Assembly (NCBI RefSeq): GCF_046119375.1
Contig: NW_027362773.1
Span: 115,382,001 to 115,446,000 of the forward strand
Direction of reading: 5' to 3'
DNA: 64,000 nucleotides
From: Phyllobates terribilis
Lineage: Eukaryota
Positions 36,724 to 49,895 of this stretch are shown here, piece by piece. A program made the position numbers and the translations under genes. The stretch's first letter is position 1. Each line of letters starts with the position of its first letter. The notes under the pieces are model-generated. The model had not been told where the DNA came from, searched no databases, and saw only the letters and a program-made list of their open reading frames with translations.

Positions 36724-39700
36724 TTAAACGGCCTTCTTCTTTCTCTTCTTCTTTGTGGTGTTTTCTGTTGATTCAGCCACACTTGGCTCCTGTGCATCTT
36801 TTCTCTTTTTGGAACTGGTTTTGTCCATGACCGTGTCCATGTTGTACCAGACCTCATCCTCTTCTTCCTCTTTTACATCTTCTGCTTCAGCTGGGGTCAA
36901 TTCTTCATCCTGAAGAGAAGTGAAATTAATGTTACCAGGATATATTTCTAATACATATGTGTTTCAGCTGTAAATGCAAGTGCCTAGATTTGCTTATATC
37001 CTATAGGTACATTCCACAGGGATAGTAGAGATGTTAGTTATGTCTGGTTTTGTGCCGTTTTTTATTTTGAATGGACAAAAATGGATCTGTCGAATTACTG
37101 ATGCAAATAGGAGAGTGACCCCACTGATTATTATTATGGGGGTCTGTATGGATTCTGTTGTGTCCTATTTTTAGAACACAGAAAGAAGATGCACTTTGTT
37201 CCATTCTAAAAACCAGACACATAACAGTACCCTGACAGACCCCATAACAACTAATGCAGTCCCTCTGTGTCCGTTGTGCAATAGATCCTAATTTGGACAT
37301 TAATTTGATTACTCTGCTCCGAACGCCAGTGTGAACTGAGCCCAATCTCTATTGATCACGGTGTCCGTCAAATTGTGCAAACTGAAAAGCTTACCTCCCA
37401 CTTGTCTCGTGACGTTAGCAGTAGGCAGTTCAGCCGTGACTTTAGATACACCTGAAGAAGGCAAACAGATGACTAAGTAATGCAAGGCTGCAAAATAAAC
37501 TGCTGAGCAAACATCCAGGATGCAAACCCCCCCCCCCCCCCCCTCCTTATAACCAGTTCAACGGTCATGAAAATTTTATAGTGCGAATTGAAAGCCATTT
37601 AGGCTATGTGCCCACCATGCAGAAATGCTGCATATTTTTTCCGCTTCTCCCTGGCAGGAAAAACGCATGCAGATTGTACATGCGGAAGTGAAGCGTTCTT
37701 CACATGCATTTCCGCATGCTGGTTGACAAACGCCTTCCAAGCGATTTTAGCATCACTTGGAAAGTGCTTGACAACTTGGTCACACTATATAAATCCATGC
37801 AACCGGCATGGATTTATATAGTGTGACCAAGTATAAGTTAAAAAAAAAGAAAAAAAAAAAAAGAATGGTGAAAAAAAAAAAAAAATAAATAAAATAATAC
37901 AGATTATACTTACCTTACGATGGCCCCCGGTCTCCTCCTCCGCTCCGTTCGGTCTCCTCGGTGTCTCGCGGTGGTGTGAAGGACCTGCGATGACGTCATT
38001 GATTCATGTGACAGGTCACGCAACTGCCGACGTCAGCGATCGCGTGACCTGTCACAAGACTCAATGACGTCATGTCAAGTCCTCACACCACCACAAGCCG
38101 CCCAACACATCGCTGAGGAGGCCGAGGGACATCGGAAGGCAAGTATAATCTTTATTTAATTTTAAATTCCTTTTTTTACAGGTTCTATAGTACCCAGGTC
38201 TGGATGAGAGTCTCCTCTCCTCCAGACCTGGGTTCCATCCGCACATTGAATCGCATAATATCCGCGTGTGCAAATGTAGTGATGTGGATATGAAACGTTT
38301 CAATGCAAGTCAATGGCGGCAATTACGCTGCGTGTCCGCAAAATTAATGGACATGCTGCGTATTTTTCCGCAATGATAATCCGCAGCGGAAATTTCCGCA
38401 GCACATGCGGATTATCATTGGGGACCATGGGGCATGTATTATCAAGCGTTTTCGCTGTGGAAATTCCACGGCAAAAACACATAGTGGGCACACAGCCTTA
38501 TAAGTAGAAAAAAAAAACAGCTCTAAATATCGATCTATCCACATACACACACACCAAAAGTTTGGACACACCTTCTCATTTAAAGATTTTTCTGTATTTT
38601 CATGACTATGAAAATTGTACATTCACACTGAAGGCATCAAAACTATGAATTAACACATGTGGAATTATATACTTAACAAAAAAGTGTGAAACAACTGAAA
38701 ATATGTCTTATATTCTAGGTTCTTCAAAGTAGCCACCTTTTGCTTTGATGACTGCTTTGCACACTCTTGGCATTCTCTTGATGAGCTTCAAGAGGTAGTC
38801 ACCGGAAATGGTCTTCCAACAATCTTGAAGGAGTTCCCAGAGATGCTTAGCACTTGTTGGCCCTTTTGCCTTCACTCTGCGGTCCAGCTCACCCCAAACC
38901 ATCTCGATTGGGTTCAGGTCTGGTGACTGTGGAGGCCAGGTCATCTGGCGTAGCACCCCATCACTCTCCTTCTTGGTCAAATAGCCCTTACACAGCCTGG
39001 AGGTGTTTGGGGTCATTGTCCTGTTGAAAAATAAATGATGGTCCAACTAAATGCAAACTGGATGGAATAGCATGCCGCTGCAAGATGCTGTGGTAGCCAT
39101 GCTGGTTCAGTATGCCTTCAATTTTGAATAAATCCCCAGCAGTGTCACCAGCAAAGCACCCCCACACCATCACACCTCCTCCTCCATGCTTCACGATGGG
39201 AACCAGGCATGTAGAGTCCATCCGTTCACATTTTCTGCGTCGCACAAAGACATGGTGGTTGGAACCAAAGATCTCAAATTTGGACTCATCAGACCAAAGC
39301 ACAGATTTCCACTGGTCTAATGTCCATTCCTTGTGTTCTTTAGCCCAAACAAGTCTCTTCTGCTTGTTGCCTGTCCTTAGCAGTGGTTTCCTAGCAGCTA
39401 TTTTACCATGAAGGCCTGCTGCACAAAGTCTCCTCTTAACAGTTGTTGAAGAGATGTGTCTGCTGCTAGAACTCTGTGTGGCATTGACCTGGTCTCTAAT
39501 CTGAGCTGCTGTTAACCTGCGATTTCTGAGGCTGGTGACTCTGATAAACTTATCCTCAGAAGCAGAGGTGACTCTTGGTCTTCCTTTCCTGGGGCGGTCC
39601 TCATGTGAGCCAGTTTCTTTGTAGCGCTTGATGGTTTTTGCAATTGCACTTGGGGACACTTTCAAAGTTTTCCCAATTTTTCGCACTGACTGACCTTCAT

Positions 39701-42700
39701 TTCTTAAAGTAATGATGGCCACTCGTTTTTCTTTACTTAGAATTTGTATTATGGCAAGAAAAAAGCAGCTAACAGTCTATTCAGTAGGACTATCAGCTGT
39801 GTATCCACCAGACTTCTGCACAACACAACTGATGGTCCCAACCCCATTTATAAGGCAAGAACTCCCACTTATTAAACCTGACAGGGCACACCTGTGAAGT
39901 GAAAACCATTTCCGGTGACTACCTCTTGAAGCTCATCAAGAGAATGCCAAGAGTGTGCAAAGCAGTCATCAAAGCAAAAGGTGGCTACTTTGAAGAACCT
40001 AGAATATAAGACATATTTTCAGTTGTTTCACACTTTTTTGTTAAGTATATAATTCCATATGTGTTAATTCATAGTTTTGATGCCTTCAGTGTGAATGTAC
40101 AATTTTCATAGTCATGAAAATACAGAAAAATCTTTAAAAGAGAAGGTGTGTCCAAACTTTTGGTTTGTACTGTATACATTTATTTTTTTTTGGAAAGGGC
40201 TACACTGCGTTCATTTTATTATAGAATACTTTTATCTTAGCGTCTGAATATACGCTGTGCACTGTATAATAGGAATCCATGTGAAATGTTCCACCATTGG
40301 GGTGGATATCATTAGTAGTAATTGGTTATTTCTGAGAACAGAAAAAACTACTGCAATATAAAAAAAAAAAAAAAAAAAAAAAGAATACAGATTAGAGGAT
40401 TGTTGCTTCATATTAAAAAGGAACCAGTTTCTCTCATTTCTGTTCGGTTTCACCCATCTATAGACTGGAGTTGTAGTCATGAAACAAACCCCTTTAAAAA
40501 GAAACTCTATAGTAGGGGTTAAGTAAGTAATAACTACACAATCATATTGACTTGCTCGTACAGTTGTGTGTTCAACTAAGGATAATTATATTGAGAGTCC
40601 TATTGGGGAAAGGGACTTCTGGATACTGACAGCACTGCAGAATAGGCGGCTGATATACATTTAGCAGAAATAATACTGAACCACAAACCTTATGCAATAG
40701 CTTCTTGTCATTTAAGCTATGAAGTCTCATGAATCTGTCCAAACCGCAGGAAGCCACAACAGGCATAGACTTGTGACACTGGATGGATCGCACAGAGCCT
40801 GCATTTCCCTTAAGCGCACACAGCAGACGACCTGAAAATATAAAAGGATTAAAAATTAAGCAACAAATAAATAAAAACATACAAGATTCAATAGGTTACA
40901 ATGACTGAAGTACAACTTGCCTTTCCTCAGATCAATCACACCCATGTGACCATGAGAGTTTCCAACCACTACAGACCTGTATCGGGAAGGAAATGGATAC
41001 GGTTATTTTACTGTACACAAGTCCTACAATAGCGAGTAACCAAGGGAAATAAATCAAAAAGGTAATGAGCAAATGTACAAGAATTAATTAGGCAAATAAT
41101 ATTACAAGACAGCATTGCACTGAATCCAAACTGATGCTCGGCCCAACCGCAGGTCTACGGACCCAAACATACAGCTTCATATAGATATATAGCCAATATA
41201 TAGGCCAGGAGTCCAGCGGTTGGTCTGGGTATTGTGGGTCTTGAAATACAGATGTCTGAATCTAGCCCATGTTAGCAAGGCTGTATTTCATGGTCCATAT
41301 ATGCACTGCAACGCACAAGAACGTACCGTGGGTCTCCCGACCCAAACTTACAGCCTAATAGGCATATACGTGGGTTTGGTTAGGGAGACCTGTGGTCAGT
41401 CTGTGCACTGTGGTCCATACACAGACTGAAATACAGCCATCTGAACCCGTCCGTGAAAACGTAGGTAGAAATCTGCTGGGTATCGCACCTGTGCAAACAT
41501 ACTCTCAGCAGTCAGATGTTACAGAGCGGTGGATATAAACCGGTTTTGTTACTGTACCACTGCTCTTTAGCCAAATGTGCACACGTTGTCTGACCACAAG
41601 ATTACCTGCCATCTGGAGTGATACTCAAAGCAGTCAACGGATCTTCTCTAAAAAGAACCTCCAGAACAGGGCGTCTCTGTGTGGCGCTGGGATCATATAT
41701 TCTAACCTGCCAAGAGTAAATTAAATCAGTTATCACTCCACACTTTAAAATTAAGAATTTTTAATTAATGCTAAAAAGCACATTTTACAGAATTTTGTAC
41801 TAAGCCTATTCATAGAGACAGCAAAAACTTCACACTCACCTGATGATGACTTGTGCACGTCACTATTTTATCTGACTCTGGAATAAAATCCAGGTCACGA
41901 ATCCAAATAGGCACCCGGAGATCTAACCAGTCATTCCTGACCTGAAGGAAGAGGCATGTTACATGATGCAATACTGAATTTAATATATGCAAAAAAAAAA
42001 GGAAGATCATGACAAACTATAAATCCTGGACACGATAAATGCAGAATGGTGCAGTAACTGCTAATCTCAGAGACTGCAGCAGAGGGATAATATAAACCAT
42101 TACATTTTGTGAAGCCCAGTTATAGAATGATTTGGTGGAGAATTCCTTTTCTATCACCTACTTATCCTGGATCAAGCTTCTACAATGTTTAAGAGATGAT
42201 TAAAAAGTACATTTAACAAAACAAAAAAAAGAAAAAAGGTAGATGCTAGCACTACAAACACTATGTAATACACTAGATAGATAGATAGATAGATACAAAT
42301 GCTGCCTGGCAAGTCTACTATAATTTACACCAGAAAGTTAGTGCGAATCAATATGCATGACCCGCTCCATAGGCCACATCCCGCTGGACGGGAGCCCTAG
42401 TAACTGACCCCGACCTCCCATTATCCGAGGTTCTGTTGATTAGCCGGTCTGGCGCGATATCACATGGGCGTCAAGCTGCCGGATAATTAAAAGCCACAGA
42501 TGCTGTCAGGTGAAATCGGTCCTCGGGGCTCCCGTCCAGCTACCACAGATTACTGACATGGCAGGTGAAGCAGGTCCTGCTCATTGATTCACATTGATTG
42601 TTGTAAATTAAAGCAGAAATCCAGACCAGGTGACGTAGATTTGCTCATAGCTGGCACAGATTTAATTTATTGGCGCGTGAATGGGTGCCACATTGTTAGG

Positions 42701-45700
42701 AATTGTGCATCTGTTTGTAGTTAAACTATCAGCTTTTTGTTCAAGCCTGGGAACATAATGTCCATTTGATAAATTTATCCTACTGTGTGGGAATATTAGC
42801 TACAAACCAACAGGGGAAGCAAGAAGATTTCAGACACTTAAATGGACGAGTCTGCAGCTGGTATTCATAGACAAGCATGCTGCCCAAAGCAGTTTCGGCA
42901 ATTGACAATGTCCCTTAGGCTACGGCCCCACTATCAGTATTTGGTCAGTATTTTTTCTCAGGAGTGGGAGCCAAAACCAGGTGAGGAACAATCAGAGAAA
43001 AGGTATAACAGACAAGTGCACCAATTCTGCATTTATCACCCACTCCTGGTTTTGGCTCCCACTCCTGAGAAAAAATACTGATAGTGGGGCCATGGCCTTA
43101 CTTTCCATCTCAGACTCTCGACTTAAGTGGTATTCCTATTTTTGAATGAAATACCCCTTTAATCCATTCATACTTTTAAAATATCCAAAAAAGTCCCTTA
43201 CAACTTACATTTTTGGCTCTGAAGATTGGCTCTTCTGGTCTTTGCAGATCCCAGATTTTTAGGTCATTCTCTTTGCCTCCAGTTCCTACTTTGTGACGCT
43301 GAGTATCACACAGACGCATTTTCTCTACCGCAGCACCAACTTGCACTTCCAGCTGGAGAACATGTTTAAATGCACAAATATTATATAGATTATTCCATGT
43401 CAGCCTGCAATACTGTTATATCTGCTTTGTACATTAATTCCGGGGTCCCACTAGCATATGGCATCAGATGCGATATGCTAATGACACACTGCTCCTGCTC
43501 TGCTGCAAGAGGGAGCTGAATGTTCGTGCTCCGTTCCTCTCGCACGGAGAAGATCGCAGCACAGCTGCGGAGGGGACGGAGAAATCAATTTCTCCATCTC
43601 CTCTGCAGCTGACATCGGGTGATATCCGAGCGCAGTGCGATGTTTCACACACACCCATAGATTATATAGGTGCGTGCGATCCGAATGCAGCCAGCAATCT
43701 CAACATGCTGCAATCGGGGGGAGGGGGAAATCGCAATCTGATCGGCGCTGGAAAAAAAACACGCCACTGAGCACACACTCATGGGATTAAATTGGTCCGA
43801 ATGCAATCTGATTTTTTTATTGGATTGCATTCGTCCGATTTAATGACAAGTCAGGGCGAGCCCTAATACAGCCAATCACCTGCAAAACAACCAATTTTGG
43901 CAACCTTGCTAGACTAGGAACCCTAATCCTATTCTGCCCTGATCACTTCTGCATAGAAAAACAAGTGGGGCCAGTGACGTGATCCCTTGTTTATCGATGT
44001 CTGCAGGGTCGCATGCACGATTGACAGGTATCAGTAGATGTGATGAGCTTCCCACGTGAAAGTGAGAAAAGCAGGACTAACTTCAATGTAACATTTTCTT
44101 TCAGATAGGGAACTTTATTTGCAGACAACACTGTTACACTGCACCAAAATATACAAAAATGCAATACTAACAAACCATATTATACAAGGAAAAGAACCCG
44201 GAAAATCAAGTACTTTATTAGAGGCTCAACTCACATTTTCATTTGATCCTTCTTTCCACACCTTTAGCAGTCCTGACTCCACACAGGTTACAAGAGCACT
44301 GAAAAAGAACAGAACGCAGTGTTTCACAGTACAAGCAAAGTGAATGAGATTTTTTTCTTTAAACATATAAGGTTTCCATAAGACCACAGGCATGAGTGAT
44401 AACAGATGATCGGTGGGGTTGCTGGGTGTCGGACCACCACTGCTCTGATATTGATTAATGAGCAGAACGATTAAAACACATTCCCACTGCACTAACCATG
44501 TAAACCTTCCTGCATTACTACAAAAACCCTATTTCCTCACCTAATAAGTGACTATGTACAGAAGTTACTCACTTGTCCAGCACACCAAGACCCCGAAATA
44601 CTCCCTCCCCTCCTCTGCATTCATGAAATTCAGTAAATTTTGATTTTTCAGTGTTGAAGACTCGTACAGTCCCATCTCGGCAGCCCAGCAGCACCTGAAT
44701 AGATATGGACGTGAAACAAGCGTCAGTGCAAATATAAAAAGAGGAGAATGGATCATAGCAGCGCAGCTAAAACAGCTCCAAAAATGACCACTATCTTGCT
44801 GTGATAGACCAATTTGCCATTCATGAGTATTAGGCAGTGATGCATCCTCAGACTGTACTGCTGCATAACTAGATCATTCTGACAAACTGGTACCCCACTT
44901 TACTGATTATGTATTGCAGCCACAACAGAACACACACATTATCCCAGAAGCAACTAAAGTTACTCTACAGGCCAGGGACTGCCCTTGTGTACGTACGGTG
45001 CCAGAGCACGCCGCCAAGGACCGCCCTTGCGTACGTACGGCGCCAGAGCGCACCCCCAGAGGCCAAGGACCGCCTTTGCGTACGTAAGGCGCCAGAGCGC
45101 GCCCCCACAGGCCAAGGACCGCCCTTGCGTACGTAAGGCGCCAGAGCGCGCCCCCACAGGCCAAGGACCGCCCTTGCGTACGTAAGGCGCCAGAGCGCGC
45201 CCCCACAGGCCAAGGACCGCCCTTGCGTACGTAAGGCGCCAGAGCGCGCCCCCACAGGCCAAGGACCGCCCTTGCGTACGTAAGGCGCCAGAGCGCGCCC
45301 CCACAGGCCAAGGACCGCCCTTGCGTACGTAAGGCGCCAGAGCGCGTCCCCACAGGCCAAGGACCGCCCTTGCGTACGTAAGGCGCCAGAGCGCGTCCCC
45401 ACAGGCCAAGGACCGCCCTTGCGTACGTAAGGCGCCAGAGCGCGCCCCCACAGGCCAAGGTCCGCCCTTGCGTACGTAAGGCGCCAGAGCGCGCCCCCAC
45501 AGGCCAAGGACCGCCCTTGCGTACGTAAGGCGCCAGAGCGCGCCCCCACAGGCCAAGGTCCGCCCTTGCGTACGTAAGGCGCCAGAGCACGTCCCCACAG
45601 GCCAAGGTCCGCCCTTGCGTACGTAAGGCGCCAGAGCGCGCCCCCACAGGCCAAGGACCGCCCTTGCGTACGTAAGGCGCCAGAGCGCGCCCCCACAGGC

Positions 45701-46092
45701 CAAGGACCGCCCTTGCGTACGTAAGGCGCCAGAGCGCGCCCCCACAGGCCAAGGACCACCCTTGCATACGTACAGCGCCAGAGTGCGCCCCCACACAGAG
45801 CATAGCCCCTCTCACCTCACACTCCTGGGGGTCGCCATAGCACATGGCGCTGATCTCCTGACTGCGGTCCAGTGAGGAGACCTCCGTGTAGTTGGCCGCC
45901 TGCTTCTTCACCAGGTTGATGCCTGTGGGTGTGAACAGTAAAGCATGACCACAGAGGACGGGCACCTCTGCGGTGTCTGCCGCCCCTCACACACAGACAT
46001 ACGGGGGCTCACAGCACAACGCTCAACTCCTCACCCTTAAGGATCCCGGTTTCGGTACCAACCCACACGTGGTTCTGTGCAGGCGCCGCCAT
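36724..46092 (-). CDS. WDR74: WD repeat-containing protein 74 (NSA1 homologue, 60S biogenesis), 11 coding exons, 379 aa
   Basis: Exons 46092-46035, 45922-45816, 44694-44573, 44298-44235, 43352-43209, 41941-41840, 41706-41606, 40976-40921, 40831-40689, 37451-37395, 36909-36724 join in frame (1140 nt). Motifs HVWVGTETGILKG, TGGKENDLKIWDL, VRNDWLDLRVPIW, ASCGLDRF, VYLKSRLNCLLL. Confidence 0.97.
37602..38497. mobile_element. PIF/Harbinger-type non-autonomous element in WDR74 intron 9
   Basis: TTA TSD on both sides. TIRs ggctatgtgcccac / gtgggcacacagcc. Internal hairpin at ~37990-38075. Confidence 0.8.
38546..40172 (-). mobile_element. Tc1/mariner DD38E (Intruder-type) transposon, near full length, in WDR74 intron 9
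   Basis: ~270-bp near-identical TIRs. HTH N-terminus, GRPR, WSDESKF, then QQDND...SPDLNPIE with 38 residues between D and E once a 2-nt deletion at ~39005 is restored. Confidence 0.93.
42276..42295. repeat. (TAGA)n microsatellite
   Basis: tagatagatagatagataga. Confidence 0.85.
42918..43097. mobile_element. Harbinger-type MITE (family copy 1)
   Basis: TTA TSD. TIR ggctacggccccactatcagtattt / aaatactgatagtggggccatggcc. Confidence 0.88.
44968..45795. repeat. 49-bp GC-rich minisatellite (~17 copies) in WDR74 intron 2
   Basis: Unit gccagagcgcgcccccacaggccaaggaccgcccttgcgtacgtaaggc at exact 49-bp spacing from 45042 to 45777. Confidence 0.97.
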
Positions 46093-46114
46093 GTTTACTA
46101 ATCAGGTAACGTCG

Positions 46115-46168
46115 ACTTCCGCCTTGCGACTTCCTGTCGCGCCGAGGTGGCTGATGGGAAATGTAGTC
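46115..46168 (-). promoter_or_regulatory. WDR74 promoter motifs
   Basis: ETS cores (acttccg, acttcctg) and a ZNF143/THAP11-type ACTACATTTCCCA motif at 46155-46167, just upstream of the ATG. Confidence 0.75.
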
Positions 46169-47344
46169 TGCGCTGTCTGTAGATTTCATTGTTTACAATT
46201 CAGTGGCTGAAATCCGCATGAGTTTTATTTCGGTGCTGGGGTGTGATGGCCGGTTGTCCTTTCTGTAGTGCACATCCATTAATCCGCTGCCATTCTGGCT
46301 CTGATGAGGTTTCACGATTCAGTACAGGCAGTGTTCACACATAGAGGCAAGACGCATGCAGTTTTCTCCAAATTGAGGCCATAGGGACTGAGTCATTGCA
46401 ATGCGCTTTTTTGTCCAGTTTTCTGCCTTTTATTTGCACCATATTCATTTTTTTTATATGCTCCTATTTTAAAGTCACTTTTTTATGTGTTCACCTGTTT
46501 TGTTTTTTTTACACCATTTTGGACAGGGGGGGGGGGGGGGGGTTAGGCTTTTCCATCTAATTCATCACTTGCAGCTTTTCAAAAAGTTGCAACATTTTTG
46601 CACAATGTACTCCAATCCCCCTCCATCCCCCCAGAGTCATTTTATGCACATGGTGGATTTTTTTGCTCAGTTTTTGCAAAACATCTGACTTTTTTTTTAA
46701 AGCTAAGGAGTTGCAAATAAAGTTCAAGACAGAAATAAAAAAACATTTTTGATTTTGCGCAAATTTTATGAACCGTGCACGCTATTTAGATGGATTTGAC
46801 GCAGAAAAACAGCAACTAATACCACAAAACAAAAACATTACTTTAAAAAAAAAAAGGTAAATGATGAATGGGGATCATAACATGTGAAGTGCCTCATCTG
46901 TAAGGCCTCATTCACAGAAAAACGGACGGACAATTTGATCAGAGTTTGGTCCGTTTTTTTCATACATGGAGAAAAAAAAAAAAAAAAAGTTTTTCCACCT
47001 TCTCCAATATGACAGACTGTGAAAATCAGTCAGATGTCATCTTAGTGCTGTGAGGTTTCTTTCACGGACCCATTGACTTGCATTGCTGGTTTTTATCTGA
47101 CACTTGTATCAATACCGGACGCGTCTCTCTGATTTTGCACGGACCACTCGGTCCACAGAATATCACAGACATGTGAATGGCCCCATAGAGTGTGCCTCAG
47201 TTTGTTCCATGCCTACAAAGAAAATGTTTCCAGCTTTGACAACCCCTATAATCAAAGATGTCTGGATATACCCCAAAGAACAATCTGCAGCACGGCACAA
47301 TAATTACAACAACCAACAGGAGTTTCCCTTCAAGGCTACACAGG

Positions 47345-49895
47345 AGCAAAAAAGGCAAACACAGTCCTGGGATGTATGAAGAGAAGCATTCAGTCTAGAT
47401 CACGTGATAAGCTGGAACAATGGACAGCGACAAATAGATGGTATTTAACAGAGAGAACTGCAAGATTCGACATCTGGGCAAGAAAAATGAAAATTACATC
47501 TACAGAATGGGAGGAATAGAACTAAGCAACAGCACGTGTGAAAAAGACTTGGGTATACTAATAGATCACTGAGTGAACATGAGTCGACAGTGTGATGCAG
47601 CAGCAAAAAAGGCAAACACGGTTCTGGGATGTATTAAGAGAAGCATAGAGTCTACAACCCCTGGCAAAAATTATGGAATCACCGGGCTCGGAGGATGTTC
47701 ATTCAGTTGTTTAATGTTGTTGAAAAAAGCAGATCACAGACATGGCACAAAACTAAAGTCATTTCAAATGGCAACTTTAGGGCTTTAAGAAACACTAAAA
47801 GAAATCAAGATTAAAAATGTGGTACTCAGTAAGGGTAATTTTTTCAGACCAAGCAGAGGGAAAAAATTATGGAATCACTCAATTCTGAGGAAAAAATTAT
47901 GGAATCATGAAAAACAAACACAAAAGAACACTCCAATACATCACTAGTATTTTGTTGCACCACCTCTGGCTTTAATAACAGCTTGCAGTCTCTGAGGCAT
48001 GGACTTACTGAGTGACAAACAGTACTCTTCATCAATCTGGCTCCAACTTTCTCTGATTGCTGTTGCCAGATCAGCTTTGCAGGTTGGAGCCTTGTCATGG
48101 ACCATTTTCTTCAACTTCCACCAAATATTTTCAGTTGGATTGAGATCTAGACTATTTGCAGGCCATGACATTGACCTTGTGTGTCTTCTTTCAAGGAATG
48201 TTTTCACAGTTTTTGCTCTATGGCAGGATGCATTATCATCTTGAAAAATGGTGTCATCATCCCCAAACATCCTTTCAATTGATGGGATAAGAAAACTGTC
48301 CAAAATATCAATGTAAACTTGGGCATTTATTGAAGATGTAATTACAGCCATCTCCCCAGTGCCTTTACCTGACATGCAGCCCCATATCATCAATGACTGT
48401 GGAAATTTGCATGTTCTCTTCATGCAGTCATCTTTATAAATCTTATTGGAACGGCACCAAACAAAAGTTCCAGCATCATTATCTTGCCCAATGCAGATTC
48501 GCAATTCATCACTGAATATGACTTTCATCCAGTCATCCACAGTCCACGATTGCTTTTCCTTAGCCCATTGTAACCTTGTTTTTTTCTGTTTAGGTGTTAA
48601 TGATGGCTTATGTTTAGCTTTCTGTATGTAAATCCCATTTCCTTTAGGCGGTTTCTTACAGTTCGGTCACAGACATTAACTCCAGTTTCCTCCCATTCAT
48701 TCATTTGTTTTGTTGTGCATTTCCTGTTTTGGAGACATATTGCTTTAAGTTTCCGGTCTTGAGGCTTTGATGTCTTCCTTGGTCTACCAGTATGTTTGCC
48801 TTTAACAACCTTCCCATGTTGTTTGTATTTGGTCCACATTTTAGACACAGCTGACTGTGAACAACCAACATCTTTTGCAACATTGCGTGATGATTTACCT
48901 TCTTTTAAGAGTTTGATAATCCTCTCCTTTATTTCAATTGACATCTCTCGTGTTGGAGCCATGATTCATGTCAGTCCACTTGGTGCAACAGCTCTCCAAG
49001 GTGTGATCACTCCTTTTTAGATGCAGACTAACGAGCAGATCTAATTTGATGCAGGTGTTAGTTTTGGAAATTAAAATTTACAGGGTGATTCCATATTTTT
49101 TTCCTCAGAATTGAGTGATTCCATAATTTTTTCCCTCTGCTTGGTCTGAAAAAAATTACCCTTACTGAGTACCACATTTTTAATCTTGATTTCTTTTAGT
49201 GTTTCTTAAAGCCCTAAAGTTGCCATTTAAAATGACTTTAGTTTTGTGCCATGTCTGTGATCTGCTTTTTTTCAACAACCTTAAACAACTGCATGAACAT
49301 CCTCCGAGCCCGGTGATTCCATAATTTTTGCCAGGGGTTGTAGATCACGTGAAGTCATTATCCCCCTCTACTCCTCTTTGGTCAGACCTCATCTGGAATA
49401 CTGTTTCCAGTTCTGGGCACCACATTTTAAAAAAGATTGAAAAACTGGAGCAAGTTCAGAGAAGAGCAACCAAGATAGTGAGCGGACTGCAAACAATGTC
49501 CTACGAGGAACGGTTAAAGGATCTGGGAATGTTTAGCTTGCAAAAAAGAAAACTGAGAGGAGACTTAATAGCTGTCTACAAATATCTGAAGGGATGTCAC
49601 AGTGTAAAGGAATCATCCTTATTCTCATTTGCACATGGAAAAACAAGAAGCAATGGGATGAAACTGAATGGGAGAAGATACAGATTAGATATTAGAAAAA
49701 ACTTTTTGACAGTGAGGGTGATTAATGAGCGGAACAGGCGGCCACGAAAGGTGGTGAGTTCTCCTTCAATGGACGTCTTCAAACAGAGGCTGGACAGATA
49801 TCTGTCTGAGATGGTTTAGTGAATCCTGCATTGAGCAGGGGGTTTGACATGATGACCCTGGAGGTCCCCTCCAACTCTAACATTCTATGACTATG
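47345..49895 (+). mobile_element. 5'-truncated CR1 LINE (RT C-terminus and 3' tail), split by a Tc1 insertion
   Basis: LEQVQRRATK..YEERLKDLGMFSLQKRKLRGDLIAVYKYLKG..RKNFLTVRV. Tail attctatgactatga. Halves join at gtcTAgatc. Confidence 0.92.
47655..49340 (-). mobile_element. Tc1 (DD34E) transposon with IR/DR-type TIRs
   Basis: TA TSD. ~245-bp TIRs with repeated aaaaattatggaatc. ORFs 48962-48597 (HTH) and 48540-47944 (IFSDE, QDDNASCH, DLNPTE; D-34-E). Confidence 0.94.

Noticed and set aside
44907-45965. 352-aa ORF overlapping WDR74 exon 2
   Set aside because: Read-through of exon 2 into the stop-free 49-bp minisatellite. The true exon ends at the GTGAG donor at 45816.
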